Of a stretch of 64,000 nucleotides of DNA, positions 37,045-46,432 are shown one piece after another (positions within the stretch are counted from its first letter, which is position 1; the number at the start of each line of letters is the position of its first letter). The stretch lies in assembly GCA_017524725.1 (NCBI GenBank), contig JAFXUZ010000029.1:41672-105671 (forward strand), given 5' to 3'. A model generated the notes under the pieces. It did not search any database. It was given only the letters and a program-made list of their open reading frames with translations, and was not told where the DNA came from. The translations under genes were made by a program, and so were the position numbers. The DNA is from Clostridia bacterium. GTDB lineage: Bacteria; Bacillota; Clostridia; Christensenellales; Aristaeellaceae.

Positions 37045-37295
37045 CCCGGGGGGGCCCTGTCCCGCAGGGCCCAAGAGCGCAGGTACGGCAATGCCCTGCG
37101 CGGCGATGACGACCGGAAACCGCTTATTCCGGCCTCTTTCAAAAAAGAAATGGAAGCTGAAAAGGACGGGACAGGAGAACACAGAGAACCGTCCCCTATG
37201 TTCGGGTTGCATTCTCCGGGTGTTTGATTTATAATTGTCGTATTCGATATAATGACCGCCTGCGCGGCGGGACAGCTTGCGGAGGAGACAGCAAA

Positions 37296-39080
37296 ATGGA
37301 AATTCGTGAAAGAAAAGACGCCGATCCGCGGTATATGTGGCACCTGACGGATATCTACCCTTCGTCCGAAGCATTCGAAGCGGATTTTGAAAAAGCAAAG
37401 CAGATGGTGCCGGCGTTCGCGGCCTTTGCCGGGCACGTCCGTGAGGACCCGATGGCCGCGGTGCGTGCCCGTTTCGAAATGGAAAAACTGATCGGCAGGC
37501 TGTACAGCTATGCTTTTATGAAGCAGGACGAGGACACGGCCGACACCGCCGCCCAGACCCTGTCCGGCAGGTGCATGGGCCTGGCTGTACAGGCGGGGAG
37601 CGCGGCGGCGTTCCTGGAGCCCGAACTGCTTGAAATGGACGACGCCGAGATCCGGAAGCTGATCGCGGACCCTGCCAACCGGGATTACGACGTGTTCCTT
37701 TCGGATATCCTGCGCCGCAAGCCCCACACCCTGTCCGGCCCCGAGGAAAAACTGCTGTCCGCCGCCGGCGAGGTGCTGGCCGCCCCCGGCGAGGTGTTCG
37801 ACATGTTCGACGACGTGGACGTGCCCTTCCCGGAGGTGACCGACGCGGAGGGGGAGACACAGGCGCTGACCCATGCCTCCTACGGCGTGCTGATCCGTTC
37901 CGCCGACAGGCGGGTGCGCGAGGAAGCCTATCGGGCCATGATGGGCACCTTCGGGAAATTCGCTTCCACCGTGACGGCGATGTATGCCGGCCATGTCAAG
38001 GGCGATATCTTCAGCATGCGGGCGCGCAAATACGATACCTGCCGGCAGATGTCCCTGGATTATAACCAGATCCCCGAAAAAGTGTACGACAGCCTGATCT
38101 CCGCCGTAGGCGGGGCCATCCCTGCGCTGACGCGGGCCCTGGAGATCCGCAAAAAGCAGCTGGGCCTGGAAAAACTGCATATGTGGGACCTTTACGCCCC
38201 CATCCTGAAGGATTTTGACCTGAGCATGGATTATTCCACGGCTTACGATACGGTGATCGACGCCCTGGGCGTATTGGGGAAGGATTACACCGACCTGCTC
38301 AAAAAAGCCAGGGACGAGGGCTGGATCGACGTATATCCCAATAAGAACAAGCGCTCGGGCGCCTATTCCTCGGGCTGCTGGGGCGTGCATCCCTATGTGC
38401 TCCTGAACCAGACCGACAACCTGGACAGCTGCTTCACCATCGCCCACGAAATGGGCCATGCCCTGCACACCTGGCATTCCGAGCAGAACCAGCCCTATCC
38501 CAAGGCTGATTATTCCCTGTTCGTGGCTGAGGTGGCCTCCACCACCAACGAGGTGCTTTTGATGCGGTACCTGATGGATAAATACAGGGACGACCGGACC
38601 GCAACGGCCTACCTGAACAACCAGTTCATCGAGGCTTTCAGGACCACCGTATTCCGCCAGACGCTGTTCGCCGAGTTTGAATACCGCGCCCACACCCTGC
38701 TGGAGGGAGGCGCGCCCCTTACCAAGGAAAACCTGGGAGACATCCATTTTGAGCTCAACCGGAAATATTACGGTGCGGCGGCGGAGGTGGACGACCTGAT
38801 CCGCAATGAATGGATGCGCATCCCGCATTTCTACCGCTCCTACTATGTGTACGTGTATGCCACCGGCTACTGTGCCGCGGCGGCCATTGCGGACAAGATC
38901 CTCCGGGAGGGGGAAAGCGCGGTGAAAGGCTACAAGCGCTTCCTGTCTGCCGGATGTTCCGTGCCGCCCATCGAAGCGCTGAAGTACGCCGGGGTGGATA
39001 TGAATGACGAAAGGACCGTGGCGGGATCGCTCAAGGTGTTCGAGGCGGCCGTGGATGCGCTGGAAAAAGCCCTTGGGTAA
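37296..39080 (+). CDS. pepF: Oligoendopeptidase F (M3B family)
   Basis: Started at MEIRERKDADPRYMW (GGAGGAG RBS). Zinc motif TIAHEMGHALH. About 594 aa. Confidence 0.85.
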   Translation: MEIRERKDADPRYMWHLTDIYPSSEAFEADFEKAKQMVPAFAAFAGHVREDPMAAVRARFEMEKLIGRLYSYAFMKQDEDTADTAAQTLSGRCMGLAVQAGSAAAFLEPELLEMDDAEIRKLIADPANRDYDVFLSDILRRKPHTLSGPEEKLLSAAGEVLAAPGEVFDMFDDVDVPFPEVTDAEGETQALTHASYGVLIRSADRRVREEAYRAMMGTFGKFASTVTAMYAGHVKGDIFSMRARKYDTCRQMSLDYNQIPEKVYDSLISAVGGAIPALTRALEIRKKQLGLEKLHMWDLYAPILKDFDLSMDYSTAYDTVIDALGVLGKDYTDLLKKARDEGWIDVYPNKNKRSGAYSSGCWGVHPYVLLNQTDNLDSCFTIAHEMGHALHTWHSEQNQPYPKADYSLFVAEVASTTNEVLLMRYLMDKYRDDRTATAYLNNQFIEAFRTTVFRQTLFAEFEYRAHTLLEGGAPLTKENLGDIHFELNRKYYGAAAEVDDLIRNEWMRIPHFYRSYYVYVYATGYCAAAAIADKILREGESAVKGYKRFLSAGCSVPPIEALKYAGVDMNDERTVAGSLKVFEAAVDALEKALG

Positions 39081-39233
39081 AAACGGTAAAAGCGAAAACG
39101 CCGGGATCCGCAAAAAAATTAAGAACGCTGAAAACACGGCAGAACGTAAAAATCGCAATAAAACGCAGTAATAAGCAGCCCCGCCGCCGGCCCTCCCGCC
39201 GGAGCGCCGGCGGCGCACGGGATCGGGTGAAAT

Positions 39234-40799
39234 ATGACCGGGATCAATTTCGCAAAAAAACGGCGAACCATCGGTGAGATGGCTAATTTGAGCGTGCTGG
39301 TGGAAAAATGGAAGGAATCCCTCCTGAGCGTCCTTCCCATCACCACGCTGATGCTTTTGCTTTGCTTCTTCCTGGTACCGCTGCCATCCTCCGCCCTGTC
39401 GGGCTTTGTATTCGGCTCCTGCCTCCTGGTGATCGGCATGGGTCTTTTTAATCTCGGCGCGGAAATGGCCATGACCCCCATCGGCGAGGGTGTCGGCGCG
39501 GCGCTGACCGCGTCCCGCAGGCTGTGGGTGGTGCTGCTGGCGGGGCTGTTGGCGGGGGTACTGATCACTGTCGCCGAACCGGACCTGACGGTGCTGGCCA
39601 CCCAGGTGCCCTCGGTGCCAAACTACACGATGATCCTTTCGGTGGCGCTGGGCGTGGGCATTTTCCTGATGCTGGCGCTGTGGCGCATCCTCTTCCGGGT
39701 GAAAATGTGGATACTGCTCCTGGCTTCCTACGCGCTGGTCTTTGTGCTGGCGCTGTTCGTCCCCCCGGGGTTCATGGCGGTGGCCTTTGATTCCGGCGGT
39801 GTGACCACGGGCCCCATGACGGTGCCCTTCATCCTGAGCCTGGGTGCAGGCGTGGCCGGCATCCGGTCCGACAAGGGGGCGGAGAACGATTCTTTCGGCC
39901 TGGTGGCCCTGGCGTCGGTGGGCCCCATCCTGTCGGTGATGATCCTGGCGATCGTCTTCGATCCCCGGGGCGGGGAGAGTGCCGCAGTCACGCTGAACGG
40001 CGCCGGGGATTCCATGGCGCTGTTCCGGAGCTTCAGTTCACAGTTTCCCCACTATATGAAGGAGATGGTCATTTCCCTGCTGCCCATCGTGGGGTTTTTC
40101 CTGGTATTTCAGTTTATTTCCATGCATCTCGGGTCCTCCAGGCTGCGCCGCATCGTCATCGGACTGGTATTCACCTATACGGGCCTGGTACTGTTCATGA
40201 CCGGCGTCAATGTCGGCTTTATGCCGGTGGGCTGGTTCATCGGAAAAAGCCTGGGCGCGGCCCCCTTCAGGTGGGCGCTGGTGCCCGTCGGGGCCGTGAC
40301 CGGCTGGTTCGTGGTGTCCGCGGAGCCCGCGGTGGCGGTGCTAAGCCGCCAGGTATATGACATGACGGCCGGCGCCGTATCCCAGAAGGCCCTCAAGCGG
40401 TGCCTCAGCGCGGGCGTGGCCATCTCCGTGGGCCTGGCCATGCTGCGGGTGATATTAAGGATCCCGGTCCTGTATTTCCTGGTACCGGGCTATGCCCTGG
40501 CGATGCTGCTGATGGTCTTTTCGCCCCCGGTCTTCACGTCCATTGCCTTCGATTCCGGCGGAGTGGCCTCCGGCCCGATGACAGCGGCTTTCCTCCTGCC
40601 GATGGCCATGGGCGCCTGCGAGTCCGCCGGCGGAAACGTGGTGGCGGACGCCTTCGGCGTGGTGGCGCTGGTAGCCATGACGCCGCTGATCGCCATCCAG
40701 CTGCTGGGTATCGTTTACGGCACGCGCACCCGCCGCGCCCGCGGCAGCGTAAGCAGTGAACACGAGGAGATCATCATGCTGATGGAGGACGAAGAATGA
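39234..40799 (+). CDS. DUF1538 family membrane protein (two DUF1538 repeats)
   Basis: LSVLPITTLMLLLCFFLVPL...GMGLFNLGAEMAMTPIGEGVG, repeated in the second half (GLVLFMTGVNVGFMPVG). The start codon is uncertain (alternative at MANLS, 39279). Confidence 0.65.
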   Translation: MTGINFAKKRRTIGEMANLSVLVEKWKESLLSVLPITTLMLLLCFFLVPLPSSALSGFVFGSCLLVIGMGLFNLGAEMAMTPIGEGVGAALTASRRLWVVLLAGLLAGVLITVAEPDLTVLATQVPSVPNYTMILSVALGVGIFLMLALWRILFRVKMWILLLASYALVFVLALFVPPGFMAVAFDSGGVTTGPMTVPFILSLGAGVAGIRSDKGAENDSFGLVALASVGPILSVMILAIVFDPRGGESAAVTLNGAGDSMALFRSFSSQFPHYMKEMVISLLPIVGFFLVFQFISMHLGSSRLRRIVIGLVFTYTGLVLFMTGVNVGFMPVGWFIGKSLGAAPFRWALVPVGAVTGWFVVSAEPAVAVLSRQVYDMTAGAVSQKALKRCLSAGVAISVGLAMLRVILRIPVLYFLVPGYALAMLLMVFSPPVFTSIAFDSGGVASGPMTAAFLLPMAMGACESAGGNVVADAFGVVALVAMTPLIAIQLLGIVYGTRTRRARGSVSSEHEEIIMLMEDEE

Positions 40800-41545
40800 G
40801 CGCTGTCGAACTGTTTGTGCTGATCGTGCCCAGGGACCTGACCGACGGCTACGGGCTGTATTTCAGGGAAGCGGGCATCCGGACGCTGTTCAGCTTTCCC
40901 TGCGGAGGGACAGCCGGGGCGGGCATACTGTCCCGCCTGGGCCTGGAAAAAAACGAAAAGACCCTGTTCCTTGCCGTGATGGACAGGAAAGGCGCAAGGA
41001 AGCTGATGAACGGCTGTGTGACCGACATGGGCCTGAAGATGTCAGGCAACGGCATCGCGATGATCGTCCCGATGCAGGCGGTGGGCGGCGCCACCGCCCT
41101 GAAGGTGCTGGCGGACAATATGCCGATCGATCCTGATGAGGTGAAACCGATGGATAAAAAGCCCACATTTCCCTGTTCCCTGCTGGTGGCCATCTGCGAA
41201 AAGGACCATTCCGATGAGGTGATGGCCGCGGCCATCGCCGGCGGCGCCGGCGGCGGAACGGTGATCCATGCCAAGGGGACCGCGGGGGAGACGATGAAAA
41301 AATTCCTCGGCGTGTCCCTGGCCACTGAAAAAGAGATGGTGCTGATCCTGGTCCGGCGGGAGACCAGGGACGCGGTGATGCGCCGGGTAATGGACCTTGC
41401 CGGCGTGGACACGCCGGCCCACACCATCATGTTCGCCCTGCCGGTGGAGGAGACCGCCGGCGTCCGGAGCCTGGAGGCTCCCGCCGAAACCCCTGGAAAA
41501 ACCGACGAAAGCGCGGACGCGCAGAAAGGTGCTGAAACGGTATGA
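40796..41545 (+). CDS. Tandem P-II-like signal-transduction protein
   Basis: Two ~100-aa halves with a beta-alpha-beta pattern (ELFVLIVPRD... and SLLVAICEKDHSDEVMAAAIAGGAGGGTVIHAKG). ATGA overlap with the DUF1538 gene, a pairing that is usual for this family. Confidence 0.5.
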   Translation: MSAVELFVLIVPRDLTDGYGLYFREAGIRTLFSFPCGGTAGAGILSRLGLEKNEKTLFLAVMDRKGARKLMNGCVTDMGLKMSGNGIAMIVPMQAVGGATALKVLADNMPIDPDEVKPMDKKPTFPCSLLVAICEKDHSDEVMAAAIAGGAGGGTVIHAKGTAGETMKKFLGVSLATEKEMVLILVRRETRDAVMRRVMDLAGVDTPAHTIMFALPVEETAGVRSLEAPAETPGKTDESADAQKGAETV

Positions 41546-42957
41546 ACGGAAAACAGGCCGTCAATCCTTACCTTCCCAACTGGGAATATGTTCCGGACGG
41601 GGAGCCCCATGTGTTCGGGGACCGGGTGTACGTTTACGGCTCCCATGACTTTTTCGGCGGCGACGTATACTGCATGGGCGATTACGTGTGCTGGTCCGCC
41701 CCGGTTGACGACCTGGGGGACTGGCGTTATGAAGGGGTGATCTACCGCAAGGACCAGGACCCGCATAACGGCGACCTGCAGGGCAACCTGTACGCGCCGG
41801 ACGTAACGCGGGGCCCGGACGGACGGTATTACCTTTACTATGTTCTGTCCACCTGGGGCATCGTTTCGGTGGCGGTGTCGGACACGCCCGCCGGCGCTTA
41901 CGAATTCCTGGGGTACGTCCGGTATCCGGACGGCACGAGGCTGGGCGAAAGGGAAGGCGACGAGCCCCAGTTCGATCCCGGCGTACTTACGGAGGGAGAA
42001 AGGACCTATCTTTACACGGGGTTCTGCGGCTACGGGGACATGGGAAGGCACGGCGCGATGTGCACGGTGCTCGGCCCGGACATGCTCACCGTCATTGAAG
42101 CTCCGCGGTTCGTGGCGCCCGGGGTCATGTACGCCGCGGGAACGGGATTTGAGGGACACGCTTTTTTTGAGGCGCCGTCCATCCGCAAAAAGGACGGGCT
42201 GTACTGGTTCATCTATTCATCCATCCAGTTCCACGAATTGTGCTATGCCGTCAGCAGCCGGCCTACCGGCGGTTTTGAATACAGGGGTGTTCTCGTCAGC
42301 GGCTGCGACAAGGGCATCGGCGGCTGGAAGGACCGGGACAAGCCCATGTACTACACCGCCAACAACCACGGCAGCATGGAAAAGATCGGCGCCGACTGGT
42401 ATATTTTTTATCACCGGCACACCAACGGCACCAATTATTCCCGGCAGGGCTGTTTTGAAAAGCTGTCCTTCCGTGAGGACGGCATGGCGGAACAGGCGGA
42501 AATGACCTCCTGCTGCGGCCTGAAGCCCCTGGAGGGCCGGGGGGAATACCCCGCGTATATCGCCTGCCATCTGTTTACCGATACCGAGGTGACCTACGTT
42601 CCCTGGTCGGGATGGATGGACGACCGGTTCCCCAAGATCACCCAGGAGATCCGGGAGGGCGGGCACGGCATCGGATATATCGCCAATATGCGGGACTCCG
42701 CCACGGCGGGGTTCAAGTACTTCGACTGCCGGGGCGTTAAAAAGGTGACCGTTCGCACCAAGGGATACGCCAGCGGCGTTGTGGAAGTGAAGCTGAAATG
42801 GGATGGTGAAGCGGTCGGCAGCATTCCGGTGGGATACGCCAACGTGTGGAAGGAGAACTCGGCGGAGGTAAATATCCCGGACGGCGTGCACAGCCTGTAT
42901 TTCACCTTCCGAGGGCAGGGACATCTGCAGTTCGCCGCGTTCATCCTTGAAACTTAA
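41542..42957 (+). CDS. Glycoside hydrolase family 43 protein with C-terminal CBM-like domain
   Basis: NPYLPNWEYVPDGEPHVFGDRVYVYGSHD N-terminus and a five-bladed-propeller-like repeat pattern. No signal peptide. ATGA overlap with the upstream gene. Confidence 0.72.
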   Translation: MNGKQAVNPYLPNWEYVPDGEPHVFGDRVYVYGSHDFFGGDVYCMGDYVCWSAPVDDLGDWRYEGVIYRKDQDPHNGDLQGNLYAPDVTRGPDGRYYLYYVLSTWGIVSVAVSDTPAGAYEFLGYVRYPDGTRLGEREGDEPQFDPGVLTEGERTYLYTGFCGYGDMGRHGAMCTVLGPDMLTVIEAPRFVAPGVMYAAGTGFEGHAFFEAPSIRKKDGLYWFIYSSIQFHELCYAVSSRPTGGFEYRGVLVSGCDKGIGGWKDRDKPMYYTANNHGSMEKIGADWYIFYHRHTNGTNYSRQGCFEKLSFREDGMAEQAEMTSCCGLKPLEGRGEYPAYIACHLFTDTEVTYVPWSGWMDDRFPKITQEIREGGHGIGYIANMRDSATAGFKYFDCRGVKKVTVRTKGYASGVVEVKLKWDGEAVGSIPVGYANVWKENSAEVNIPDGVHSLYFTFRGQGHLQFAAFILET

Positions 42958-42959
42958 AC

Positions 42960-43271
42960 ATGAAAAAACGGATCATACTGTGCCTGTTGGCGCTGCTTTT
43001 CTGCGGCGCATCCGCTTTGTCCGCGCCTCCCATGCTTCCCGACGGGCTGAAGATCATTTGCGAAGAAGCGCTGTGCGGCGCTTCGTCACTGGAATTATCA
43101 CATGAGCGATTCGGTAAAGTGCTTCAAAACGGCCGCCGCCCGGATAACCCCGGCCATTATCGTCAGAGAGGGGGAAGCCTGGCCGGCCGGGGGCCAAGGA
43201 CTGCCGCCGCATGGAAGGCAGACGGAAAAATCCCATACCCCCGCCGCTGTCACCTACTGACGATGAGGTGA
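42960..43271 (+). pseudogene. Probable frameshifted remnant of a BspA-type LRR surface protein gene
   Basis: The ORF starts with a signal peptide and one LRR-like unit (MKKRIILCLLALLFCGASALSAPPMLPDGLKIICEEALCGASSLE) and then degenerates into Arg/Gly-rich sequence. A second frame from about 43100 reads MSDSVKCFKTAAARITPAIIVREGEAW..., resembling the C-terminal end of LRR proteins. Confidence 0.35.
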
Positions 43272-43283
43272 CGGCGGTTTTTC

Positions 43284-43313
43284 TTGACAGTCACCAAAGG
43301 GCGTCCGTATAAT
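43284..43313 (+). promoter_or_regulatory. Promoter candidate for glnN (TTGACA-18-TATAAT)
   Basis: TTGACA at 43284-43289 and TATAAT at 43308-43313. Confidence 0.55.
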
Positions 43314-43376
43314 ATGGACTGTTCACTTATCCCACCCGTTCACGGGATCTGACGACAAGATCGGAGGCCGCCTTCA

Positions 43377-45497
43377 ATGGACCTGGAAAAAGACTTCGGC
43401 AACAGGGTATTCAACGACGGGGTGATGCGCCGCAGGCTTCCCGGGGAAACCTACCGCGCCCTGCGCAGGACCATCAACGAGGGCCGGCATCTGGACCCGC
43501 AGGTGGCCCACGTGGTGGCCAACGCCATGAAGGACTGGGCCATCGAACAGGGGGCTACCCATTATACCCACTGGTTCCAGCCCATGACCGGGGTCACCGC
43601 CGAAAAGCACGACAGCTTTTTATCGCCGCTGCCGGGCGGCAGGATCATTATGGATTTTTCGGGGAAGGAACTGGTCCGGGGCGAACCGGACGCGTCCTCC
43701 TTCCCTTCGGGCGGCCTCAGGGCCACCTTTGAAGCCCGGGGCTATACTGCCTGGGACCCTTCCAGCTACGCCTTTATCAAGGGCCGCACCCTGTGCATCC
43801 CCACGGCCTTCTGCTCCTGGGGCGGCCACGCCCTGGACCAGAAGACCCCGCTGTTGCGTTCCATCCAGGCCATCAGCCACGAGGCCAAACGGATCCTGAG
43901 GCTTTTCGGCATGAACGACGTCAAGCGCGTCATGCCCACCTGCGGCCCGGAACAGGAATATTTCCTGATCGACCGTGAATACTACGACAGCCGCAAGGAC
44001 CTGAAATACTGCGGGCGCACCCTTTTCGGCGCCCGGCCGCCCAAGGGCCAGGAACTGGACGACCATTACTTCGGCTCCCTCAAGCCCCGTGTCGCCGAAT
44101 TTATGAAGGACGTGGACGAGGAATTGTGGAGCCTGGGAGTGATGGCCAAGACCGAACACAACGAGGTGGCTCCCTGCCAGCACGAGCTGGCCAGCGTCTA
44201 CGAAAGCGTCAACGTGGCGGTGGACCATAACCAACTGACCATGGAGGTTCTGCGCAAGGCGGCGGCCCGGCACGGTTTTGCGTGCCTTCTGCACGAAAAA
44301 CCCTTCATGGGGGTCAACGGCTCGGGAAAGCACAACAACTGGTCCCTGCAGACCGATACCGGCGTCAATCTGCTGGAGCCGGGGGACACCCCGGTGGAAA
44401 ACGCGCTGTTCCTCCTGATGCTGGCCGCGGTGATCGCCGCGGTGGACAGGCACGGGGACCTTCTGCGCGCCAGCGTGGCCGGGGCCGGCAACGAATACCG
44501 CCTGGGGGCCAGCGAGGCTCCGCCGGCCACGGTCAGCATGTACCTGGGAGACGAACTGACCGGCATCCTGGACGCGCTGGTGAACCACAACGCCTATACC
44601 CCCATGTCAAGCAGCGAAATGGACGTGGGCGTAAGGATCCTGCCTGCCATTCCGCGGGACACCAGCGACCGCAACCGCACATCGCCCTTTGCCTTTACCG
44701 GCAACAAGTTCGAGTTCCGCATGCCCGGGGCGTCGATGAACGTGGCGGCGTGCAACACCGTCATCAATACCGCCGTGGCCGATGAACTGCGTATGTTCGC
44801 CGACCGCCTGGAAAAGGTGGAGGACCTGCGAAGCGCCGTCCAGGGCCTGATCATCGAAACGGTGTCGGAGCACAAGAGGATCATTTTCAACGGCAACAAC
44901 TATTCCGACGAATGGAAGGCCGAAGCCATGCGGCGCGGCCTGAAGAACCTCCGGACCCTGCCGGAATGCGCATCCTGCCTGCTTGAGGACGAAAACGTGG
45001 CGCTGTTCGAGCGCATGAAGGTGTACACCCGGGAGGAGCTGCGTTCCCGCTACGAGATCCTGATGGAGCATTATTCCAAGGTAAAGGCCATCGAGGCCAA
45101 CACCATGCTGGACATGACCGGAAAGCAGTACCAGCCCGCCATCCTCAGGTATTCTCAGACCGTCGCCGGGGAAGCGCTGAAAAAGCAGGCCCTTTTGCCC
45201 GACGTGGACGCGTCCTATGAAAAGGACCTGCTCCGGGACCTGGACCGGCACCTGAAGGACATCGACATGAAAAAACGCCGGCTGCAGGAGCTGACGGACA
45301 ACGTGCCCGGGGACGGGGTGGCCTCCGCCGTGTATTTTTCCACGAAGGTCAACACGGTCATGGAGGAGCTGCGCGCCCTGGTGGACGAGTGCGAGGGCCT
45401 GGTGGACGAGACGGTCTGGCCCGTGCCGTCCTACGGACGGATGCTGACCCAGCGCGAGGGCGGGGATCGCGCCTTAAGGGAGACGGACGGGGAGTAA
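43377..45497 (+). CDS. glnN: Glutamine synthetase type III
   Basis: 706 aa. N-terminal [16 protein letters not shown]...[13 protein letters not shown] and central [18 protein letters not shown] are typical of GSIII. Confidence 0.85.
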   Translation: MDLEKDFGNRVFNDGVMRRRLPGETYRALRRTINEGRHLDPQVAHVVANAMKDWAIEQGATHYTHWFQPMTGVTAEKHDSFLSPLPGGRIIMDFSGKELVRGEPDASSFPSGGLRATFEARGYTAWDPSSYAFIKGRTLCIPTAFCSWGGHALDQKTPLLRSIQAISHEAKRILRLFGMNDVKRVMPTCGPEQEYFLIDREYYDSRKDLKYCGRTLFGARPPKGQELDDHYFGSLKPRVAEFMKDVDEELWSLGVMAKTEHNEVAPCQHELASVYESVNVAVDHNQLTMEVLRKAAARHGFACLLHEKPFMGVNGSGKHNNWSLQTDTGVNLLEPGDTPVENALFLLMLAAVIAAVDRHGDLLRASVAGAGNEYRLGASEAPPATVSMYLGDELTGILDALVNHNAYTPMSSSEMDVGVRILPAIPRDTSDRNRTSPFAFTGNKFEFRMPGASMNVAACNTVINTAVADELRMFADRLEKVEDLRSAVQGLIIETVSEHKRIIFNGNNYSDEWKAEAMRRGLKNLRTLPECASCLLEDENVALFERMKVYTREELRSRYEILMEHYSKVKAIEANTMLDMTGKQYQPAILRYSQTVAGEALKKQALLPDVDASYEKDLLRDLDRHLKDIDMKKRRLQELTDNVPGDGVASAVYFSTKVNTVMEELRALVDECEGLVDETVWPVPSYGRMLTQREGGDRALRETDGE

Positions 45498-45500
45498 GCG

Positions 45501-46256
45501 ATGGATAAGGATTTTTCAAAGGCCGCGGGGACGCTCCCCGCGGCCCTGATCCTCTTCAGGGACAGGGATCTGTGCGCCGCAGTGAAGCCCGCCGGCGCAG
45601 ATTCCGAAAATGACGGGGAAGGGAGCATGCCGGTCCTGATCGCCCGGGCGCTTTCATTGGAAGCCGGTCAGGTGCGCCCGGTGCACCGTCTGGACCGGGA
45701 GACCGGGGGCGTGATGGTCTACGCCCTGAGCGCCTTCGGCGCTTCCGCCCTTTCAAAAAGCGTCCGGGAAGGACGGCTGGAAAAACGCTATCTTGCCGCG
45801 GCCGCCGGGGCCGTCGGGGCCGCAGAGGGCGAGTGGCGGGACCTGCTTTATCACGATCCGGCAAGGAACCGGTCCTATACGGTGAAGCGGATGCGCCGCG
45901 GGGTGCGGGAAGCGGCGCTCAGCTTCCGCACGGCAGGGAGATTTGAAGCGGGGGAGGGCTGGCCCGCCGGCGAGATCCTGGATATCCGCCTGCTGACCGG
46001 ACGCACCCACCAGATCCGCGTCCAGTGCGCCTCCCGGGGGCACCCCCTGATCGGGGACAGGCGCTACGGCTCCTCCGCCGGTGTCCCCATGGCGCTCTGG
46101 TGCCTGGAGATCTCCTTCCCGCACCCGCGAAGCGGGAGGATCGTTAAGTTTTCCTGCCCGCCGGGTGAGGACACTTTCCTGGGGAAGATGTTGAAAAAGA
46201 CCGGAATAAAACCAGATGGGATAGTTTCCGATCCCTCCGGCGGCGCCGCTTTGTGA
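45501..46256 (+). CDS. RluA family pseudouridine synthase
   Basis: Catalytic HRLDRETGGVMVYA motif and GRTHQIRVQ. 251 aa. 3-nt gap after glnN. Confidence 0.8.
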   Translation: MDKDFSKAAGTLPAALILFRDRDLCAAVKPAGADSENDGEGSMPVLIARALSLEAGQVRPVHRLDRETGGVMVYALSAFGASALSKSVREGRLEKRYLAAAAGAVGAAEGEWRDLLYHDPARNRSYTVKRMRRGVREAALSFRTAGRFEAGEGWPAGEILDIRLLTGRTHQIRVQCASRGHPLIGDRRYGSSAGVPMALWCLEISFPHPRSGRIVKFSCPPGEDTFLGKMLKKTGIKPDGIVSDPSGGAAL

Positions 46257-46332
46257 AAGCTCCCCCCGGCGCGCCCGGCTCCCAAATTGGATAAAAAAAA
46301 CCCGCAGGGGCCAAAACAAAGTTCCCGAAACA

Positions 46333-46362
46333 TTGACAGAAGGCTTTTAAAAAGGATATAAT
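46333..46362 (+). promoter_or_regulatory. Promoter candidate for PFOR (TTGACA-18-TATAAT)
   Basis: TTGACA at 46333-46338 and TATAAT at 46357-46362. Confidence 0.55.
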
Positions 46363-46432
46363 CATACATGGCAGGCACGAAGGGATCCAAACCCAAGTGC
46401 ATATGTATGTTCGACAAAGAGGAGGAATTGAT

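Noticed and set aside
43314-43376. Glutamine (glnA RNA) riboswitch upstream of glnN, suggested by a CGTTCAC string
   Set aside because: Only that short string matches. The GGAAG/E-loop blocks are absent, the leader is only about 60 nt, and this riboswitch class is not typical of Firmicutes.
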